Source: an uncultured delta proteobacterium (lineage in GTDB: Bacteria > Myxococcota > Myxococcia > Myxococcales > Myxococcaceae). Taken from it: a stretch of DNA of 64,000 bases. The stretch covers positions 320,001 to 384,000 of the forward strand of contig CAVYSY010000026.1 of NCBI GenBank assembly GCA_963771175.1, in the 5' to 3' direction. Both the position numbers and the translations under genes were made by a program. The notes below the pieces were generated by a model. The model did not search any database. It saw only the letters and a program-made list of their open reading frames with translations, and was not told the DNA's origin. Positions 60,283 through 64,000 of the stretch are shown one piece after another; position 1 is the stretch's first letter, and every line of letters begins with the position of its first letter.

Positions 60283-60289
60283 CTCATAC

Positions 60290-60363
60290 GCGGATGTCGT
60301 CCAGCGGCAGGACACCGGCCTCCCAAGTCGGAAACACGGGTTCGAATCCCGTCACCCGCTCCA
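60290..60363 (+). tRNA. tRNA-Gly(CCC)
   Basis: GCGGATG/CACCCGC-T-CCA; CCGGC-CTCCCAA-GTCGG. Confidence 0.88.
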
Positions 60364-60368
60364 CCTAT

Positions 60369-60439
60369 TCCGGGATCGTCCAGCGGCAGGACGGCGGGCT
60401 CTGACCCCGCAGACGCAGGTTCGAATCCTGCTCCCGGAG
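60369..60439 (+). tRNA. tRNA-Gln(CTG)
   Basis: TCCGGGA/TCCCGGA; GCGGG-CTCTGAC-CCCGC. Confidence 0.88.
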
Positions 60440-60462
60440 CTGTCGCAGCACAGGCAACACAT

Positions 60463-60534
60463 TCCACGGTAGCTCAATGGCAGAGCAGGCGGCTGTTAAC
60501 CGCAAGATTGGGGGTTCGAGTCCCTCCCGTGGAG
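60463..60534 (+). tRNA. tRNA-Asn(GTT)
   Basis: TCCACGG/CCGTGGA; GCGG-CTGTTAA-CCGC. Confidence 0.9.
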
Positions 60535-60539
60535 CAACT

Positions 60540-60615
60540 CGGGGTGTAGCTCAGTCTGGACGAGAGCGCGTGCTTGGGGTGCACGAGGTCGTCGGTTCGA
60601 ATCCGGCCACCCCGA
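60540..60615 (+). tRNA. tRNA-Pro(GGG)
   Basis: CGGGGTG/CACCCCG; CGTGC-TTGGGGT-GCACG. Confidence 0.9.
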
Positions 60616-60635
60616 CTCCGTTTCAACCGTTTCAT

Positions 60636-60709
60636 CTGGGTGTGGCTCAACTTGGTAGAGCGCGCGGTTCGGATCCGCGAGGTTGCAGGTTCAAATCCTG
60701 TCACCCAGA
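60636..60709 (+). tRNA. tRNA-Pro(CGG)
   Basis: CTGGGTG/CACCCAG; CGCGG-TTCGGAT-CCGCG. Confidence 0.9.
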
Positions 60710-60715
60710 CATTTC

Positions 60716-60789
60716 GCCTCCGTAGCTCAGGGGAACAGAGCGCACGGCTCCGGACCGTGAGGCCGCAGGTTCGAATCCTGCCGGGGGCA
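60716..60789 (+). tRNA. tRNA-Arg(CCG)
   Basis: GCCTCCG/CGGGGGC; CACGG-CTCCGGA-CCGTG. Confidence 0.9.
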
Positions 60790-60798
60790 CAGCTTCGA

Positions 60799-60870
60799 TG
60801 CGGAGTGGGACCGGACGTCCCACCGGGTCTCATACGCCTGGGTCGCAGGGTTCGACTCCCTGCTCCGCAA
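60799..60870 (+). tRNA. tRNA with CAT anticodon (Met, fMet-like or Ile2), atypical D-arm
   Basis: TGCGGAG/CTCCGCA; CGGGT-CTCATAC-GCCTG; CAGGG-TTCGACT-CCCTG. Confidence 0.7.
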
Positions 60871-60882
60871 CTTCTTCATCAT

Positions 60883-60955
60883 GCCGTCCTGGCGTAGGTG
60901 GTCCGCGCGCCCGTCTGAAGAGCGGGAGGACCGGGTTCGATTCCTGGGGACGGCA
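60883..60955 (+). tRNA. tRNA-Phe(GAA)
   Basis: GCCGTCC/GGACGGC; CCCGT-CTGAAGA-GCGGG. Confidence 0.82.
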
Positions 60956-60963
60956 CTCGTTTT

Positions 60964-61037
60964 GCTCCTGTAGCTCAGCTGGTAGCAGCACCGGTTTCGT
61001 AAACCGGGGGTCGTCGGTTCGAACCCGACCGGGAGCA
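60964..61037 (+). tRNA. tRNA-Thr(CGT)
   Basis: GCTCCTG/CGGGAGC; CCGGT-TTCGTAA-ACCGG. Confidence 0.88.
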
Positions 61038-61053
61038 CTGTTTCACGCAGCAT

Positions 61054-61125
61054 GTTGGCTGAAGGCAAAGGGTGAGCCACCGGTCGTGAATCCGGTTCCA
61101 GAGGGTTCGAGTCCCTCCAGCCGAC
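61054..61125 (+). tRNA. tRNA-His(GTG), irregular anticodon loop
   Basis: 8-bp acceptor with G-1:C73 (GTTGGCTG/CAGCCGAC); CCGG-TCGTGAAT-CCGG; GAGGG-TTCGAGT-CCCTC. Confidence 0.65.
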
Positions 61126-61132
61126 CTTCTTC

Positions 61133-61205
61133 GCACGCCGAGCCAGCTGGAGACGGCGTTGGTCCCACACACCAATTTCGCCGGGTTCGATCCCCGGGGC
61201 GTGCA
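61133..61205 (+). tRNA. tRNA-Val(CAC), non-canonical G8 and C33
   Basis: GCACGCC/GGCGTGC; TTGGT-CCCACAC-ACCAA; CCGGG-TTCGATC-CCCGG. Confidence 0.72.
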
Positions 61206-61226
61206 CTGCAACAGACTCCCCAACGC

Positions 61227-61301
61227 GTCCGCGTGGCCCAATCGGGAGAGGCGGCTGGCTCAAACCCAGCTCACGTGCGAGTTCGACTCTCGCCGCGGAC
61301 A
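61227..61301 (+). tRNA. tRNA-Leu(CAA) with short variable loop
   Basis: GTCCGCG/CGCGGAC; GCTGG-CTCAAAC-CCAGC; 6-nt variable region; GCGAG-TTCGACT-CTCGC. Confidence 0.8.
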
Positions 61302-61327
61302 TACCCCCCAAGAAGGACAACCGAGTC

Positions 61328-61870
61328 ATGGAGACACTGGTCCTCAACCAGTCCTATGAGCCCGTGGCCCGGATCTCCTGGCAGCGAGCGGTGATGCTGC
61401 TGTGGCAGGGGAAGGTCGAGGTGGTCGAGGAGTACGACGACCGCCTCGTCCGCTCCGTCACCGTCGAGATCCGGATGCCCTCCGTCATCCGCTTCCTGCG
61501 CGGCGCGCGTCGGGGCGGGCGCGGCGTGAAGTTCAGCCGCGACAACGTCTACATGCGCGATGGCTGCCGGTGCCAGTACTGCGGCCGGAAGGTGTCGCGC
61601 CCCGAGGCCACGTACGACCACGTCGTGCCCCGGGCCCAGGGCGGCCGTACCACCTGGGAGAACATCGTGATCGCCTGCGTGCCCTGCAACCAGAAGAAGG
61701 GTGGGCGCACGCCGGTGCAGGCGGGGATGGCGCTGCTCTCCGCTCCCGTGAAGCCTCGCAAGCTCACGGGTTCGGTGCAGCTCACCTTCGCCCACGAGAA
61801 GGGCATGCCCGTCTCGTGGAAGAAGTTCCTCCGTGACGTCGCGTACTGGCACACGGAGCTGGAGGAGTGA
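61328..61870 (+). CDS. HNH endonuclease (McrA-like) inside the tRNA array
   Basis: TLVLNQSYEP, PSVIR, FSRDNVYMRD..CQYCG, TYDHVVPRAQGG..TWENIVIACVPCNQKKG. Confidence 0.92.
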   Translation: METLVLNQSYEPVARISWQRAVMLLWQGKVEVVEEYDDRLVRSVTVEIRMPSVIRFLRGARRGGRGVKFSRDNVYMRDGCRCQYCGRKVSRPEATYDHVVPRAQGGRTTWENIVIACVPCNQKKGGRTPVQAGMALLSAPVKPRKLTGSVQLTFAHEKGMPVSWKKFLRDVAYWHTELEE

Positions 61871-62012
61871 GCGGCGGGTGAAGGGGAACCACCAGAGGTG
61901 GTTCCCCGGCTCTGCTCCGTGACAGGAGCAGTGCTGACAGGGAAGGCCAGAGGCGTTCCCGACACCCGTACGCCCCGCACGCCGGCAGGCGGGCCCTGCT
62001 GCCGGCATATTT

Positions 62013-62099
62013 GGAAGGTCGACGCCGGAGGCCCGGCGGCCCGCCTCGAAAGCGGTGCGGGCGCATGACGCGCTCGGGGTTCGAGTCCCTTGCCTTCTG
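62013..62099 (+). tRNA. tRNA-Ser(CGA)
   Basis: GGAAGGT/GCCTTCT-G; CCGC-CTCGAAA-GCGG; long variable arm; GGGG-TTCGAGT-CCCT. Confidence 0.7.
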
Positions 62100-62112
62100 T
62101 TCCGTCTCTTCT

Positions 62113-62200
62113 GGAAGTGTGAACTGGCGATGGCGCCAGGCCCCGTTGCTAGCGGGTGCGGACCGGCTTCCGGTCTGGGGTTCGAGTCCTCCGCCTTCCG
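62113..62200 (+). tRNA. tRNA-Ser(GCT)
   Basis: GGAAG../..CTTCC-G; CCCG-TTGCTAG-CGGG; variable arm GACCGG-CTT-CCGGTC; GGGG-TTCGAGT-CCTC. Confidence 0.7.
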
Positions 62201-62314
62201 TTCCTCTGCCCTCTTTCCGACGGTGTCGTGTGACCGCCGGACGGGTGAGCCCCCCGCCCCAGGAGCCTAGTGTCCCGCGCGCCCGGCATCCCCGCCGGGA
62301 AGGGGAAGACACAG

Positions 62315-62854
62315 ATGCGCGACTTCAAATTGGGACGCTGGGCGGTGTTCGGCCTCGTGCTCGCTGCTCCCGTGCTGGGTCTGGGCTGCGGCAATGACGA
62401 CGACGAATCGGAGCAGGAGAAGATCGAAAGGGGTCTTTCCCTCTCCCCCGTGCCCCTCAACCTGGACGGGAAGGACCGCGACCTCGTGGGCCTGGGCAGC
62501 TACATCGTCAACGCGCAGGCCGCCTGCAACGACTGCCACACCAACCCTCCCTTCGAGCCGGGAGGCGACCCCTTCAAGGGAGAGCCGGAGAAGATCAACG
62601 CGGCGCGCTTCCTCGGGGGTGGGACGCCCTTCGGCCCGACCCTCGTCTCGCCCAACATCACCCCGGATGCTTCCGGCAACCCGGGAGGCGCAGACTTCGA
62701 GGAGTTCCAGCGCTACATGCGCACCGGCAGGGAGGAGGACGGCGACATCCTCCAGGTGATGCCGTGGCCCATCTACAAGAACATGAGCGACCGGGAGCTG
62801 CGCGCCATCTACGAGTACCTGCGCGCCATCCCCCACGTCGAGTCCGGACCCTGA
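62315..62854 (+). CDS. Cytochrome c lipoprotein
   Basis: Lipobox GLGC; CNDCH heme-binding motif; SPNITPD, VMPWP..KNMSDRELRAIYEYL. Confidence 0.85.
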   Translation: MRDFKLGRWAVFGLVLAAPVLGLGCGNDDDESEQEKIERGLSLSPVPLNLDGKDRDLVGLGSYIVNAQAACNDCHTNPPFEPGGDPFKGEPEKINAARFLGGGTPFGPTLVSPNITPDASGNPGGADFEEFQRYMRTGREEDGDILQVMPWPIYKNMSDRELRAIYEYLRAIPHVESGP

Positions 62855-63004
62855 GCTGAAACGTCGGGGTCACAACCCCGTGAACCCTGGAAGTTCGGAA
62901 TCCACCATTTCCGCTCCGCACTGACGCGCGGCGTAGTGAACCCACCCGCGTGTCGGGCGCATGGATGCGCGCTGCAAGCAACCCCTACGCGGAAGGAGCG
63001 GCAC

Positions 63005-63211
63005 ATGGAATGGCTCGAGTTCGGTCGGTGGTCCCCGGAGGTGGAGAAGCGCCTCGCGCGCCAGGCGGTGCGCCTGAGTATCGCGGCCCAGCCCTCTCGC
63101 CCTCCCGCCCAGCATCCCGAGAGCGCCAGCGCCCGGGCCCGCCGGCTGGAGGCCCTGCTGCGGCAGACCCCAGCCTCCAACCCCTGGGGGCACCCCGCCG
63201 CCGAGTGCTGA
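63005..63211 (+). CDS. Small hypothetical protein
   Basis: GAAGGAG RBS; MEWLEFGRWSPEVEKRL... Confidence 0.4.
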   Translation: MEWLEFGRWSPEVEKRLARQAVRLSIAAQPSRPPAQHPESASARARRLEALLRQTPASNPWGHPAAEC

Positions 63212-63347
63212 GCGGCACGTCGGGGGCCGGGTCGGGAATGCGCCCGGGCGACAGGGATTGAATTGAGAGGTCCCGACGCGAGGTCGGGGTCCACCACTGC
63301 GATTCAGCACGCTAGAGTGCCCCTGCGCCGACGAGGCGTTCCCGACC

Positions 63348-64000
63348 ATGGCCACGAGGAAGAGCGAGGACAACGAGCGTCTCATCGACCGCGATCTCAC
63401 CGCGCTGGCGCGAGACGGGAAGCTGACGGCCGCGCACGGCGTGGACGGTCCGGTGACGGAAGTGCTGGGCCTGCTCACGCGAGGGGGCAAGCACCCGCTG
63501 CTCTCCGGGGAGCCCGGCGTGGGCAAGTCCGCCGTGGTGCAGGAGGTGGCGCGCCGCATCACCGAGGGCCGCGTGGACGCGGAGCTGGCCAACGCGCGCA
63601 TGGTGGAGGTGTCCGTCGCCAACATCCTGGCGCGCAGCACCCAGCGCCAGGCGGCGGAGAGCTTCGAGGAGTTGCTGGCGCTGGCTGAGCCGGCACCCCT
63701 GCCCCATCGTCTACATCCGGGACCTGCCCGCGGTCATCGGCGGGCCCCTGGCCCCCGTGGCCTTCCGCGCCCTGCGCACCGGGGGCATCCGCTTCATCTT
63801 CGAGACCGAGCCCAAGCGCGTGCAGGAGTTGCTGCGCGCGGACGAGGCCTTCGCCGAGCGGCTCCACCTCGTGCCCGTGCAACGAGCCGCCCGCCGAGCG
63901 GGCCCGCTGGATATTGGGCCGCGTGGCCGAGGAGCTGGAGCGCGAGCTGCACCTGCCCATCGACCCGGCGGCGTGCGACCTGACGCTGCGGCTGGCCTCC
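63348..64000 (+). CDS. ClpA/ClpB-like AAA+ ATPase (partial, frameshifted)
   Basis: RDLTALARDGKL, HPLLSGEPGVGKS Walker A; runs off the window end. Confidence 0.75.

Noticed and set aside
60096..61394. ORFs called across the tRNA array
   Set aside because: They are translations of tRNA genes (GFEP and RVRIP patterns), not proteins
61874..61969. Hammerhead ribozyme or TPP riboswitch
   Set aside because: CTGACAG...CGACAC deviates from the CUGANGA/GAAA core and stem I is missing; GCTGACA...ACCCGT resembles only the 5' half of a TPP aptamer
59700..62300. tRNA array as part of a prophage
   Set aside because: No integrase, structural or replication genes flank it within this window

Overview
High-GC myxobacterial chromosome segment (Cystobacterineae/Archangium-like gene content). 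Many genes carry single-base frameshifts, including housekeeping ones (hemH, glgX, treY, add, uvrD), which most likely reflects long-read assembly indels. The left half is mostly conserved: a Tox-REase-5 lipoprotein toxin with Imm52 immunity, hemH-apaG-terC, glgX-treY, an ether-lipid (elb-type) cluster, an FHA-GGDEF protein, glgC, rtcB, a PAS kinase, add, a second toxin/DUF3396 pair and uvrD. The main finding is a dispersed putative stress regulon. One ECF-type promoter motif (YGTCAGG-N15/16-CGTC) precedes six units: rtcB; an ECF sigma/soluble zinc anti-sigma operon (suggesting autoregulation); a metallophosphoesterase; a vWA + E2-like + JAB operon; a ubiquitin-like protein + ThiF/E1 operon; and a 16-tRNA array with an embedded HNH nuclease. 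The array also has a leader peptide with alternative terminator/antiterminator hairpins and a boxA-like element. Together these suggest a sigma-controlled response to translation or RNA damage that couples tRNA resupply, RNA repair and ubiquitin-like conjugation. That interpretation is inference, not demonstrated. Paired 18-bp palindromes (CTTGTAGACGTCTACAAG) occur at two intergenic sites.
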